From Pristiophorus japonicus (taxonomy: Eukaryota), in NCBI RefSeq assembly GCF_044704955.1, contig NW_027254549.1, positions 62,001 to 126,000 of the forward strand: 64,000 nt of DNA. Reading direction: 5' to 3'. Position 1 is the stretch's first letter; the number at the start of each line of letters is the position of its first letter. A program made the translations under genes and the position numbers. Below, one piece after another: positions 1 to 14,737 of the stretch. The notes under the pieces were generated by a model. It saw only the letters and a program-made list of their open reading frames with translations. It was not told the DNA's origin and ran no database searches.

Positions 1-88
1 TGTGTATGTGCTTCTGTGGGTATGTCTCTACGTGTGTGTATGTGCTTCTGTGGGTATGTCTCTACGTGTGTGTATGTGTCTGTGTGAG
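1..88. repeat. TG-rich simple repeat with a ~36-bp duplication
   Basis: tgtgtatgtgcttctgtgggtatgtctctacgtg occurs twice. Confidence 0.7.
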
Positions 89-301
89 ATTGTCTCTTCC
101 TCCTTGTTCTATTGCTCACTAAATACAGTTCAGTATCAATGTGTCTCGGCCATTCACCTCCCCAGAAAGTGCTGAATTTTCTGTTTCAATTGGTGCATTC
201 TGATCAATTTGATTCTGGTATTTAACAGCAGAAAACAATTGCTGCAGAGTCTCAGCAAATGAATCTCTATTTGGATTATTTCACCAGTCCTGGCAAGTGC
301 T

Positions 302-1385
302 CCATAGGAACAGGAACAGGCCATTGAGCCCCTCGAGCCTGTTCCCCCATTCAATGAGATGATGGCTGATCTGTGACCTTACTCCATATACCCACCTTTG
401 ACCAGATCCTTTAATACCTTTAGTTAACAAACGGCTATCAATCTCCGATTTAAAATTAACAACTGACCTAGCATCAATTGGTGTTTGAGGAAGCAAGTTC
501 CAAACTTCTACCACCCATTATGTATACATGTGTTTCCTCATTTCACTGCTAAAAGTTCTGGCTCTAATCTTTAGACTGCCCCGAGTCCTAGAATCCCCAA
601 CCAGCGGAAATAGTTTCTCTCGATCTACCCCATCTGTTCCGTTTAATATCTTAAACTTCGATCAGATCAGCCCTTAACCTAAATTCTAGGGGATACAGCC
701 CTAATTTGTGTAATTTTTCCTCATACCTTAAATCTTGGAGTCCGAGTATCATTGTGGTAAATCTACGCTGCACTCGCTTCAAGGCCAATATAACCTTCCT
801 AAGGCATGGTACCCAGAACTGCTCACAGTGCTCCAGGTGTTGGCTAACCAGGGCTTTGTATAGCTGCAGCATAACTTCTACCCCCTAGTATTCTAGTGCT
901 CTAGATGTAAAAACCAGCATTCCATCAGCCTTTCTGATTATTTTCTGTACTTGTTCATGACATTTTCATGATCTCTGTACCTGGACTCCCAAGTCTTTGT
1001 GGACCTCCACTGTTTTTAGCTTTTTACCATTTAGAAAGTACCTTCTTGTATCCTTTTTAGGTCCAAAGTGGATGACCTCACATTTGTCTACATTGAAATC
1101 GATTTGACGCAGTTTTGCTCATTAACTTAATCTATCGCTATCCCTTTGTAATTTGATGCTTTCAACTACACTGCCTGCAATGCCATCTTTCTTTTGTGTC
1201 AGTGGCAAATTTAGATATATGACTTTCTATTGCCATCAACTAAGTCATTAATAAATACTAGGAAGAGTTGAATCCCCAACACAGATCCCTGTGGGACACC
1301 ACATCCTGCCAACTTGAGAACCAACCTTTGTCCCTACCCTCTGTCTCCTACAGCTCAGTCAATTTCCTAACCAGGTCAATAATTT
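302..1385 (-). mobile_element. CR1-type LINE, decayed 3' fragment
   Basis: ORF 651..872 LQLYKALV...LKRVQRRFTTMI matches the CR1 ORF2 C-terminus; 3' tail near 302. Confidence 0.85.
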
Positions 1386-1784
1386 GCAATGAATTCCTAC
1401 TATCACCAAATTCCTCCACCCTGCTTGCGATCCACTTATCTGTGATGTTACAAGAAAAAGCTAAATTCCAATCTGGTGATTATTTACCTTACTCACTGAA
1501 TACCTATCAGTGAATTCATACTATCACCAAATTAATCCACTTGGCTTGTGTGAACGATCCAGTGATGGATTCCCACCAGCCCGAGCTCTCTCTCTAAATC
1601 TACTGGGCCTTGTTTTCCATTATTTTTGACAGCTTGTGTCTGTTTTTGAAGCAATTTGGTCATTTTGTGCATTTATCTGAAACTTTTGAATAATCGGCAA
1701 GCGATTCGTGCTGATCTGCTGAGTGTATTTCCAGAGGACACCTATGCTGCGAGGGAGCAGGGTTCATAGCCAGGTTAAAATAGA

Positions 1785-2610
1785 ATAAACCCAAACTCAC
1801 ATTCCAGAGATTGACAGGTACAGAAAAAAATCTACACTCACATATTAGAAACTGACAGGTAGAGTAAAACCCACACTTTCACAACATGGACTGACAGGTA
1901 CAGAATAAAACCCACACTCTCCCACCATAAACTGAGGATAAAAACCCACACTCGCATACTAGAAACTGACAGGTAGAGTAAAACCTGCACTCGCATAGCA
2001 GAGACTGACAGGTACAGAATTAAACCCACATTCCCATAGCAGAGACTGACAGGTACAGAATAAAACCCACATTCCCATAGCAGAGACTGAGAGGTACAGA
2101 ATTAAACCCACATTCCCATAGTAGAGACTGCAGGTACAGAATAAAACCCACATTCCCATAGTAGAGACTGCAGGTACAGAATTAAACCCACATTCCCATA
2201 GCAGAGACTGACAGGTACAGAATAAAACCCACATTCTCACAGCAGAGACTGACAGGTACAGAATAAAACCCACACTCTCCCACCATAAACTGAGGATAAA
2301 AACCCACACTCGCATACTAGAAACTGACAGGTAGAGTAAAACCTGCACTCGCATAGCAGAGACTGACAGGTCCAGAATAAAACCCACATTCCCATAGCAG
2401 AGACTGACAGGTACAGAATAAAACCCACATTCCCATAGCAGAGACTGACAGGTCCAGAATAAAACCCACATTCCCATAGCAGAGACTGACAGGTACAGAA
2501 TAAAACCCACACCCAGTTATCAGAACAATAATATGCAGCAAATAAAACCCATAGTCCCCTATCAGAAATGACAGGGGCACACTCACACACACCAGAGACT
2601 GACGGAAAGA
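1785..2610. repeat. ~41-bp satellite array
   Basis: Tandem gcagagactgacaggtacagaataaaacccacattcccata-like units. Confidence 0.9.
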
Positions 2611-2759
2611 GTAAAACTCTCGAGGAAATCCCACTCCAGTGTCCGGCGCACCGAATCATTTTGTTGGTAATTCGGATTATAATTAAAATCCTCTCAATGT
2701 GACCTATTTAATTAGAGATAAAATCAACTTATGAAACAATCCATTTTTGTTAATTTAAT

Positions 2760-5000
2760 TTGTGACAAAAAGATGGTCTGAGCATGCGCTAAATACATGC
2801 TGCTCCTCCCCTCCCCACACAGTGTTTAAACCGACAAGAAGGGCCCAGGCAAGCTCCCCTCCCCCAGCTCTGTCAGCGGCTGCCGTTTCCTCTGTGCTGG
2901 GCTGATGATCGTTGAACACATCAGGGAGCGGAGATATCCCGGGCCCAAGTAAGGGAGCAAACAGCAGCCTCCTTACAGCACCTCATCACATTAGCACTGT
3001 GTCCACAGATGGGCTTTGAGTCGGGGTAAGTGCAGCGGCAGTCGGGGGCTGTCTGTAATAGGTGGAGTGGAGCAGGAACTAGTTCCGGAACATGGAGTGA
3101 GTGGGGGAAGGGAGAGGCCATTCTCGGGCTGTGTGTGTACGGTGTAAGGTAACAGAGAAAGTCAATCACCTCGCTCTTTCAAATCATTGTTGCTTTCTTT
3201 CCCCAAATCAGTAATGAATGTTCCCGATTCATTTCCAATCTCACAGTGTCTGTTGTTCTGGGACATTGAACAGTGGGAACACAGCCTGAGAGTGAGGATG
3301 TGAGGAGTGTCACAAAGTACATCTATTGCAGGCACCAGGAGAGGAGTGTGACAGGAGATATTTCAAAAATGGGTTATTTTGTTTCGGTGTGTTGAATTCT
3401 CCAGAACTGTGTTGCAGGAGATCGAGAGATACATTGTCGCTCCCTCAGATACATCTGTGACATTCTGTTAACTGCACAGGCTCTCAGCTCTGTTTCATTG
3501 GACTGAAAACAATTGTTGTACAGCCCAGGTACCTGTGGTTATAATCCAGGAAGCGATTCAGAATTGTACAGGTAGTCCCATGGAAGTGGGAGATATAAAC
3601 CTGGACTCTGCCAATCGGGTGTTCCCATTCATGGACCAGTGCTGGGTTTGGGTTGTGTCTGGATGCTGATAACTTACTATAGAACCGTCTGACACAGCTG
3701 GTGTGGGGAATCTGATCACTCGACACAGCTGGTGTGGGGAATCTGATCACTCACCACACCTCCGCCACGACCGTCCCGCTCCTCTGCTCATGGTCGTGGC
3801 GGAGGTGTGGTGAGTGATCGAGGCGGAGGGGCATTGAGGGATCGTGGCTGAGATTCGGTGGGTGATCGTGGCGGAGGTTCGGCGAATGTTTGGTGTGGAT
3901 GTGCGGTGGGAGATCATGACGGAGGTGCGGCAAGTGTTTTGTGGCGGAGGAGCGACGAGAGATAGTGGCGGAGGTGTAGCAAATGAGGGTACAGGGCCCA
4001 GGGGCAGCACAGGCCAGCCCACACTGGGTTTGTGCGCACTCGGTCTGTGCAGCCGAGCAGGTCTCCAGTCCTGGTCAACCCTTGCCACTGGATAAAGTCC
4101 TAGCTCTGTCAAGCCTGTGTGGTGGCTGATGGATAATGGTCACCACACGTTAAAAAAATCCACGCACAGGCATCTTCCACCCTTTCAATTGGAGTTCAGG
4201 ACTGGAATATCAGGTCCTTCATTGAAACATCTGAACTCACGTGGAAGCAAGTCATCCTGGTTCGAGGGACCGCCTATGATGATGACGATGATGAGAGAAT
4301 CTGAGTGCTGCTGTACTGCAGTGAGGTCAGATAATGCCACTGTTTGTATCGCGCATTCCTCTCTCCAGATACTTTACTTTATGATAAAAATACACATTAA
4401 TTATAACTATTGTTATAGTCTACGGGCACCTGTCCATGACTTGTACCTAATATTTTTCTCTCATTATTCTTGGAGCAAAATACTTCACCTCCAGATTAAA
4501 TGTGATCTTTCCTCCACCCGGAACACAAGGAACAGTGTAGGCAGCTCCTTCTCACACACAGTAAGTACATTATCACTCACAGAGCGCAGAGACACAGAAC
4601 TGACCTCAATCATATTGTCACAGGCAGCAGAAGCTGTCAGTTCCACAGTGATCCGAATCCCAGAGTTACATTATGAATCCCACTGTCACTTGGAACAGTA
4701 CAATAAGATGTTGTTTCAAAGTCCAAACATATCGCTCTGAGAGGCAGATCCATTTTCACTCCCTTACTCACACACAAGGACTGACTGACACAGTGTCAAT
4801 CTACACTGGTGTCTGTACACTGACTCTCAAACCCAGCAACTAACATACAAGAGCAGAGAAACGGAGGTAATGGACTGAACCAAACCTCCTCCTGAGACAA
4901 TCGTGGATAATCTCAAACTAACATAGGCCTAAAGAAGGAACAGAATCCAACAGTCACACAGAGCAAGAATAGCACAGTACAAGAGACCGTCAATTACATA
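2760..5000 (+). other. Duplicated promoter/first-exon block, copy A (mini-exon 2905..2948)
   Basis: Colinear similarity to 8780-10070, 40500-41540 and 46400-48075; ATG at 2905, GTAAGG donor at 2949. Confidence 0.65.
3747..4296 (+). mobile_element. Non-autonomous element with RTE-type 3' tail
   Basis: 3' end gtggaagcaagtcatcc...gagggaccgcctatgatgatga matches the RTE end at ~40346-40397; TSD gaatctga at 3739-3746 and 4297-4304; the paralogous site near 47360 is empty. Confidence 0.8.
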
Positions 5001-5084
5001 ATGAATCTCACTCTCACACACATCACCAGTCTAACCGATACATAATCAATCTCACACTCTCAAACAGTAACAGAAACTGGCAGT

Positions 5085-5830
5085 TACAGAATGAACCCCA
5101 TAACCACAAACAGTGCCAGGGACTGAGACACAGAATGGACCCCACACCCACAAACAGTGCCACGGACTGAGAGACACAGAATGGACCCCACACCCACAAA
5201 CAGTGCCAGAGACTGAGAGACACAGAATGGACCCCACATCCACAAACAGTGCCAGGGACTGAGACACACAGAATGAACCCCACACCCACACACAGTGCCA
5301 GGGACTGAGAGACACAGAATGGACCCCACACCTACACACAGTGCCAGAGACTGAGACACACAGAATGAACCCCACACCCACAAACAGTGCCAGAGACTGA
5401 GAGACACAGAATGAACCCCACACCTACACACAGTGCCAGAGACTGAGAGACACAGAATGAACCCCACACCCACACACAGTGCCAGAGACTGAGAGACACA
5501 GAATGGAGCCCACACCCACACACAGTGCCAGGGACTGAGAGACACAGAATGGACCCCACACCCACACGCAGTGCCAGGGACTGAGAGACACAGAATGGAC
5601 CCCACACCCACACACAGTGCCAGGGACTGAGAGACACAGAATGGACCCCACACCCACAAACAGTGCCAGGGACTGAGACACAGAATGGACCCCACACCTA
5701 TAAACAGTGCCAGGGACTGAGACACACAGAATGGACCCCACACCTACACACAGTGCCAGAGACTGAGACACACAGAATGAACCCCACACCCACAAACAGT
5801 GCCAGGGACTGAGAGACACAGAATGATACA
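5085..5830. repeat. Homogeneous 46-bp minisatellite, ~16 copies
   Basis: cacagtgccagggactgagagacacagaatggaccccacacccaca with a period of 46 (occasionally 44). Confidence 0.95.
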
Positions 5831-7420
5831 TACACTCGGGCACAGTGAATGACAGATTGAGATTGAATCACAATCACATATGGTAACAGACTGACTGACT
5901 GGCAGATATAGGTTAAATCCACACACATATTGGAAAGTGACTGGTACAGAGTAAAATGGATATTCACATAACTTTTATTCTGTACCCTTCAGCTTTTGTT
6001 AACACATTCTGTAAACCAATAGATACAGAATAAAATACACACTTGCATCCCAGAGTCAGACAGCTATAAAGTAAAACACACACTCACATACCAGAGACTG
6101 GAAGATATGACTAATATCCACACTCCGGTACAAGAAACTGGCAGGTACTGATTAAAATACACAATCACATCCTGGAAACTAACAATTGGAGAGTAACAAC
6201 AACAGACAAATACCAGAAACTGACAGGTAAAGATTAAAACCAAACTCTCATTCCAAAAACTGACAGATACAGAGTAAAGCCCACACTCACACCACAGAGA
6301 GTGACAGCTGCAGAGCAAAATCAACAGCCACATAAAAGATGCTGATCGATGCAGAGTCAAGTATACGCTCACATCCCACAGCCTAACAGGTACAGATTAA
6401 AACAGACTCACATATCAGAAACTGACAGATACAGCACAAAAGCAGCACTATCACAGCAGAAACTGACAGGTACAGATTAAAACCCCTATTCATATACTAG
6501 AAACTGACAGGTACAAAATAAAACCCAACTCAGATTTGAGAAAATGAAAGTTACAGAGGACAACCCAGACTCACGTCGCAGATATTAACATACAGAGTAA
6601 AACTCTCACTTTCATCCCAGAGCCTGAATGATAGAAGAAAACCACACTTGCATACCAGAAACTGACAGATACAGAGTAAAACTCTCACTCTCACATCAGA
6701 GACTAACAGATACAGAGTAAAATCCACACTTGCATCACACAGACAGACAGCTATAGAGCAAATTCTGCACTCCCATATCCAAGACTAAGCAATACAGAGT
6801 AAAACTTACACTTACATAAAAGACAGAGAGATACCCACTCTTACATATCATAAACTGACAGATACAGGCTAAAATCCACACTCGCATATCAGAAACTGGC
6901 AGGTTCTGATTAAAGCCCTCGTTAACATATCAGAAAATGACAGGTACAGAATAAAACCCCACTCACATACCAAAGACTGACTGATACAGAATAAAACGCA
7001 CACTCACATCCCAGAGACTGAGAACTACAGAGTTTTACCTACATTCCTATACCGGAAACAGACAGGTACAGACAAAAAATTAACACTCACATCCCAGAAA
7101 CTGGCAGGTACAGAGGAAAACCCATGTTACAAATTCAGAAAATAACAGGTACAGAATAAAGCTCACATAACAGAAACTGACAAGTACAGAATAAATCCCC
7201 AATCACATACGAGAAACTGACAGGTGCAGGGTAATACTTACATTGACATACCAGAGACCGACAGGTACAGAGTAAAATCCACACTCATATCCCGGAGACA
7301 GGCAAAAACAGAGTGGAACTCGCAGTCATATTCAAGAAGCTGACATGGTGTATAATAAAACCCACTTTTGCCCACCAAAAACTGAAGAAAGAACAACAGA
7401 ACAACACTCACAACACTGAC
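5831..7420. repeat. Diverged ~41-bp satellite
   Basis: Recurrent agaaactgacaggtacaga...aaacccacactcacatac. Confidence 0.85.
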
Positions 7421-7424
7421 AGCT

Positions 7425-8130
7425 ATAAGAAAATAAGAAATAGCAGGCAGTAAGGCCACTCGAGCCTGCTCCACAATTCATTACATTCATGGCTGAACTT
7501 CACCCTGAACTCCTGCCTGATACCCATTTCCCTTGATTCCCTTTGTTCTCTGTCTTGAATATACTCAATGACTGAGCGTCTCCGACCTATGTGTATAGAA
7601 TTCCAAGGATTCACATCCCTCTGAGTGAATACATTTCTCCTCATCTCAGTCCTAAGTGTCCGATCCCTTATCCTGAGACTATGACCCCTAATCTAGACTA
7701 TCCAGCAAAGGGAAACATCCTCACAGCATCTACCCTGCCAAGCCTGCTAAGATTTTTTTTTTAGGTTTCAATGTGCTCAGCTCTCATTCTTCTAAACTCC
7801 AGAGTGTATAGGTGCATTTCACTCAATCTCTCTATCCCAGGATTCAATGTTGCACCCCCTCTAATATCCTTCCTTTGGCACTGAGACCAAAACTGTGCCC
7901 AGTAATCCAGGTGTGGTCTCACCAAAGCCCTACATAATTGCAGCCACACTTCTTTACTCTTATACTCCAAACCCCTTGTAATAAAGGCCAACATATCCTT
8001 TACCTTCCGAATTGCTTGCAGTAGCTGCAAGTTAACTATATGTGATTTGTTTACAATGACACTCAAATCCCCCTGAATAACTACATTTACTAGTCTCTCC
8101 TCTTTTAAGCATTCGGCTTTTCCATTCATA
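7425..8130 (-). mobile_element. CR1 3' fragment
   Basis: ORF 7761..8192 LQLCRALVRPHLDYWAQFW; tail near 7425. Confidence 0.85.
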
Positions 8131-8139
8131 TAAAATTTA

Positions 8140-8665
8140 ACACACACTCGCATCCCATAGTCTGAACAATACAGTGTAAAACACACACTCACATCCCATA
8201 GTCTGAATTATACAGTGTAAAACCCACACTCACATCCCATAGTCTGAACTATACAGTGTAAAACACACACTCACATCCCATAGTCTGAACTATACAGTGT
8301 AAAACCCACACTCACATCCCATAGTCTGAACTATACAGTGTAAAACACACACTCACATCCCATAGTCTGAACTCTACAGTGTAAAACACACACTCACATC
8401 CCATAGTCTGAACTCTACAGTGTAAAACCCATACTCACATCCCATAGTCTGAACTCTACAGTGTAAAACCCACACTCACATCCTATAGTCTGAACTATAC
8501 AGTGTAAAACACACACTCACATCCCATAGTCTGAACTATACAGTGTAAAACCCACACTCACATCCCATAGTCTGAACTATACAGTGTAAAACCCACACTC
8601 ACATCCCATAGTCTGAACAATACAGTGTAAAACACACACTCACATCCCATAGTCTGAACAATACA
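8140..8665. repeat. Homogeneous 41-bp array, ~13 copies
   Basis: cacactcacatcccatagtctgaactatacagtgtaaaacc with a period of 41. Confidence 0.95.
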
Positions 8666-8779
8666 GGGTGACAGATTGAGCAGAGACAGCGGCCTCTGAG
8701 CTTCCAGATCCACCTCCAAGCTTCACGCTCCAGCATTGAAATACTTGCCTGCTCCCCCGCAACACCGCCCCCCCCCCCA

Positions 8780-10070
8780 CCCCACCCGTCTCCCCGCCCA
8801 GTGTTTAAACTGACGGGAAGGGCCCATGCGACCTCCCCTTCCCCAGCTCTGCCTTTGGCTGCCGTTTCCTCTGTGCTGGGCTGATGATCGTTGAACACAT
8901 CAGGGAGCGGAGATATTCCGGGCCAGAGTAAGGGAGCAAACAGCAGCCTCCTTACAGCAGCTCGTCGCATTGGGAATGTGTCTGTAAATGGGCTTTGTGT
9001 CGGGGTACCGGGGGCTGTTTGTAAGAGGCAGAATGGAGCAGGAAGTAGTTCGGGAACATGGAGCGAGTGGGGGAAGGGAAAGCATGTGTACAGTGCAAGG
9101 TAACAGAGAAAGTTAATCACCGCACTCTTCTAAATCATTGCTGCTTTCTTTCACCAAATCAGTAGTGAATGTTCCTGATTCAGTCCCAATCTCAGTGTCT
9201 GCTCTTCTTGGACATTGAACAGTGGAAACACAGCCTGACAGTGAGGATGTGAGGAGTGTCACAAAGTGCATCTATTGCAGGCACCAGGACAGAAAGTAGA
9301 CATTTAAATTTGGTAATTTTGTTTCGGTGCGTTGAGTTCTCCAGAATTGTGTTGAAGGTGATTGAGAGATACATTGTCGCTCCCTCAGATACATCATGAT
9401 CCGGGCTCTGTGACATTCTGTTGCCTGCACAGGCACTTAACTCGGTTCCAATAGACTGAGAACAATTGTTGTACAGCCCAGGTACCTGTGGTTATAATCC
9501 AGAAAGCGATTCAGAATTTTACAGGTAGTTCTATGGGAGTGGAAGATATAAACCTCGATTGTATCAATCGGGTGATCCCATTCATGGACCAGTGCTGGGT
9601 TTGAGTTGTATCTGGATGCTGATAACTTTCTATAGAACCATCCTACACACCTGGTGTAGAAAATCTGAGTGACACTGTACTGCAGTGAGGTCAGACAAGG
9701 ACAAGTATCACGGTTTCCTCTCTCCAGATACTTTACTTTATTATAAACATACACATTCATTACAACTTTATTGTATATTTTTCCCATCAGTTGTCCATAT
9801 CATAACTAATATTTTTCTGGTATTATTATTCTCAAAGCAAAATACTTCATTGAGCCAGTATAAATGTGATATTTCTTCCACCCAGAATGCAAGGAAAAGT
9901 GCAGGCCGCTCCTTCTCGTGAGTACTCCTTAAGTACATTATCACTCACAGAGCGCAGAGACACAGAACTGACCTCAATCCTATTATCACAGGCAGCAGAA
10001 GCTGTCAGTCCAACAGTGATCCGAAATGGCTGAGTTACATTGTGAATCTTACAGCCACATGGAACGATAG
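8780..10070 (+). other. Duplicated promoter/first-exon block, copy B (mini-exon 8884..8927)
   Basis: Similar to copies A, C and D; ATG at 8884, GTAAGG donor at 8928. Confidence 0.6.
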
Positions 10071-10094
10071 GATCAAATGCTGTTTCACCATTGA

Positions 10095-10280
10095 AACAAC
10101 TCATTGGATATATTCAAGAGGGAGTTAGATATGGCCCTTACGGTTAAGGGGATCAAAGGGTATGGAGAGAAAGCAGGAAAGAGGTACTGAGGGAATATCA
10201 GCCATGATCTTATTGAATGGTGGTGCAGGCTCGAAGGGCCAAATGGCCTACTCCTGCACCTATTTTCTATGTTTCTGTGT
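10095..10280 (+). mobile_element. CR1 3'-terminal fragment
   Basis: Ends ggtgcaggctcgaagggccaaatggcctactcctgcacctattttctatgtttct. Confidence 0.85.
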
Positions 10281-11401
<1,121 letters not shown>

Positions 11402-12317
11402 AGCTCCACGCTGTCCTGAGAGAACACTCCAAACACAACGACTCTTAAGAGCCGCCCACAACCTCTCTGAAAGGCTTGCCAAGCGCATCACCCTTTAGAC
11501 TCAATTTACTGTAATTATTTCCTGAACAAGGGTGTTTGGGAACCTTTGCAGTTCCAGCTGTGGATTTAGTTTTGAATTCTCATAAGCAGCTTCACTGTCT
11601 GGTTCGACGTTGGGACCGCTGTTGAATTTCCCGCCATTCATGCTACAAACACGATTCCTTGTCGCTTATTCCCATTTACAGCTCCTGCCGAGGAATTAAG
11701 AGCTTGTTTAGGGAATGAGACTCAGATTTCAGTCACTTCATTCTCTCGCAAGCCCTTTACAAGTTTATTTTTCAATTCCAGTTACGGTCAATCCGTTTAT
11801 TAACCCGGGACTCCTCGCAGTTTAAAAACCCAGAACGGGAGTTCTTACAGAGACCAGAACGGGAGCAGTGTGAACACTCTATCCCTCTTCCCTTTTCACA
11901 GAAGAACTCCCAGTTCTGGTCTCACTCCCGCCTGTGCAGAGGATCAATCCATGATCTGTGATTCCCAACTTTTACACAGTTTGAGCTGGAATGTGCCCTG
12001 TTAGAGTTAGTGGGGATTGATTGTCATCCATTACAGGCAGATTGACTGAACGTGAATTTAATCCTGATTGTAACAGCCTGGAATTTGTAAGGGAAATATG
12101 GAATATAATAAAAGGAAGTAAAACCTGTTTGTAAATCTTTGGCTAATGGTGAATTTATTAACATAATCCGCACTTTAAAAAATTATTGGCGGGGTTTTTG
12201 AAATTAAAAATTGTTCGAGGTGTGACTTTTGACAGGAATTTCTGCCCTCGTTTCATTGGTGGTCTCAACAGACAATGGGTAAGGCAAGAGATTAACATTC
12301 AGCGGTGATTTCAGTAA

Positions 12318-12710
<393 letters not shown>

Positions 12711-12907
12711 TGACCTGGGGAATGGGGGCGAGATAGTTGATTTACATTTTGTTCTGTATAGATATGTTTTTTGCCTAGATCTATATCTGGTGTTCGGTGT
12801 TTTCAATCAGCATATACACGATGGATGGAATGTCCTTTTAGTCTTCGAATCATTGACATTTACGGGGCATTCCAGATGAAGGTAATATTGGAACAACTAA
12901 TATAGTT

Positions 12908-14172
12908 AGAACATAAAAACATAAGAAATAGGAGCAGGTGTAGGCCATACGGCCCCTCGAGCCTGCTCTGCCATTTAACTTCCCTGCCCCAGTATCCCTT
13001 ATTCCCTTATCGTTTAAGAAACTATCTGTTTTTGTCATAAATTTATTCAATATCCCAGCTTCCACAGCTCTCTGAGGCAGCGAATTCCACAGATCCACAA
13101 CCCTCAGAGAAGAAATTTCTCCTCATCTCAGTTTTAAATGGGTGGCCTTTTATTCTAAGATGCAGCCCTCCAGTTCTCGTCTCCCCTAGCAGTGGAAACA
13201 TCCTCTCTGCATTCACCTTGTCAAGCCCCCTCATAATCTTATATGTTTCGATAAGATCATCTCTCATTCTTCTGAATTCCAATGAGTAGAGGCCCAACCT
13301 ACTCAACCTTTCCTCATAAATCAACCCCCTCATTCCGGAATCAACCTTGTGAGCCTTCTCTGAACTGCCTCCAAAGCAAGTATATCCTTTTTGTAAATAT
13401 GGAAACCAAAACTGCATGCAATATTCCAGGTGTAGCCTCACCAATACCCTGTACAACTGCAGCAAGACTTCCCTGCTTTTATACTCCATCCCATTTGCAA
13501 TAAAGGTCAAGATTCCATTGGCCTTCCTGATCACTTGCTGTACCTGCATACTAACCTTTTGTGTTTCATGCGCAAGTACCCCCAGGTCCCACTGTACTGC
13601 AGCACTTTGCAATCTTTCTCCATTTAAATAATAACTTGCTCTTTGATTTTTTTTCTGCCAAAGTGCATGACCTCACACTTTCCAATATTATACTCCATCT
13701 GCCAAACTCTTGCTCACTCACTTAGCTTTTCTATGTCCTTTTGCAGAATTTGTGTGTCCTCCTCACATATTGCTTTTCCTCCCATCTTTGTATCATCAGC
13801 AAACTTGGCTGTGTTACACTCGGTCCCTTCTTCCAAGTCGTTAATATAGATCATAAATAGTTGGGGTCCCAGCACTGATCCCTGTGGCATCCCATTGGTT
13901 ACTGATTGCCAACCCGAGAATGAACCATTTATCCCGACTCTCTGGTTTCTGTTCGTTATCCAATCCTCTATCCATGCTAATATATTACCCCCAACCCCGT
14001 GAACTTTTATCTTGTGCAGTCAGTAACCTTTTATGTGGTACCTTGTCAAATGCCTTCTGGAAGTCCAAATACACCACATCCACTGCTTCCCCTTTATCCA
14101 CCCTGTTCGTTACATCCTCAAAGAATTCCAGCAAATTTGTCAAACATGACTTCCCCTTCATAAATCCATGCT
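12908..14172 (-). mobile_element. CR1 LINE, 5'-truncated
   Basis: ORF 13043..13612 is an RT C-terminus; absent from the paralogous spacer near 21480. Confidence 0.9.
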
Positions 14173-14737
14173 GTTACATCCATGTTACAGCAGTGACAGA
14201 TAAGAAAGGTGTTGAATTAAATGATAGGAGGAAGGCAGCATCAGGGAGGAAGGGCAGTGAGGGTCCCTTGCCCTCACAGAAGGATTCCCAAGTCCAAATC
14301 AGAAGTGACCCTCAAGCAATCTCGGTTACAAACCGGTCAATGTCGCGAACATGTCGAAATCTAGATCGACAAACACAGCAGCGAGTTTGCTGTTCAGATA
14401 TATATATAGGAAAAAACCTTCCTCATAAGTCCGGCCGTCATTAAACATTTTTGCATGAGAGCAGAATAGAAACAAAGAATAGAGGATAAATCGGGAGGGG
14501 ATGTAATTGATGACCTCATTCAAGAATTTGTAATTGTGGCGAGCATTAAATCTGATTGGTCTCTTTATACATCCAATCAGAGAGATACAGAACAATGGAA
14601 ATTGACAATGCAGCCAATGAACCAATCACAGTCATTGCCTTCACCCATCCCTCATTAGCATAGGGTTGTGGGGCTTCCGATATAATGCTAGCCTGGAGCA
14701 GAATTTCCTTCATATCTGTGCCTGACTGAACAAGACA

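Noticed and set aside
1838-5967. Long C/V/S-rich minus-strand ORFs over the satellites
   Set aside because: They arise from stop-poor tandem repeats open in several frames and show no protein signature.
5085-8665. Regular repeat arrays as possible CRISPR arrays
   Set aside because: The monomers are contiguous with no unique spacers, no cas genes are present, and the context is eukaryotic.
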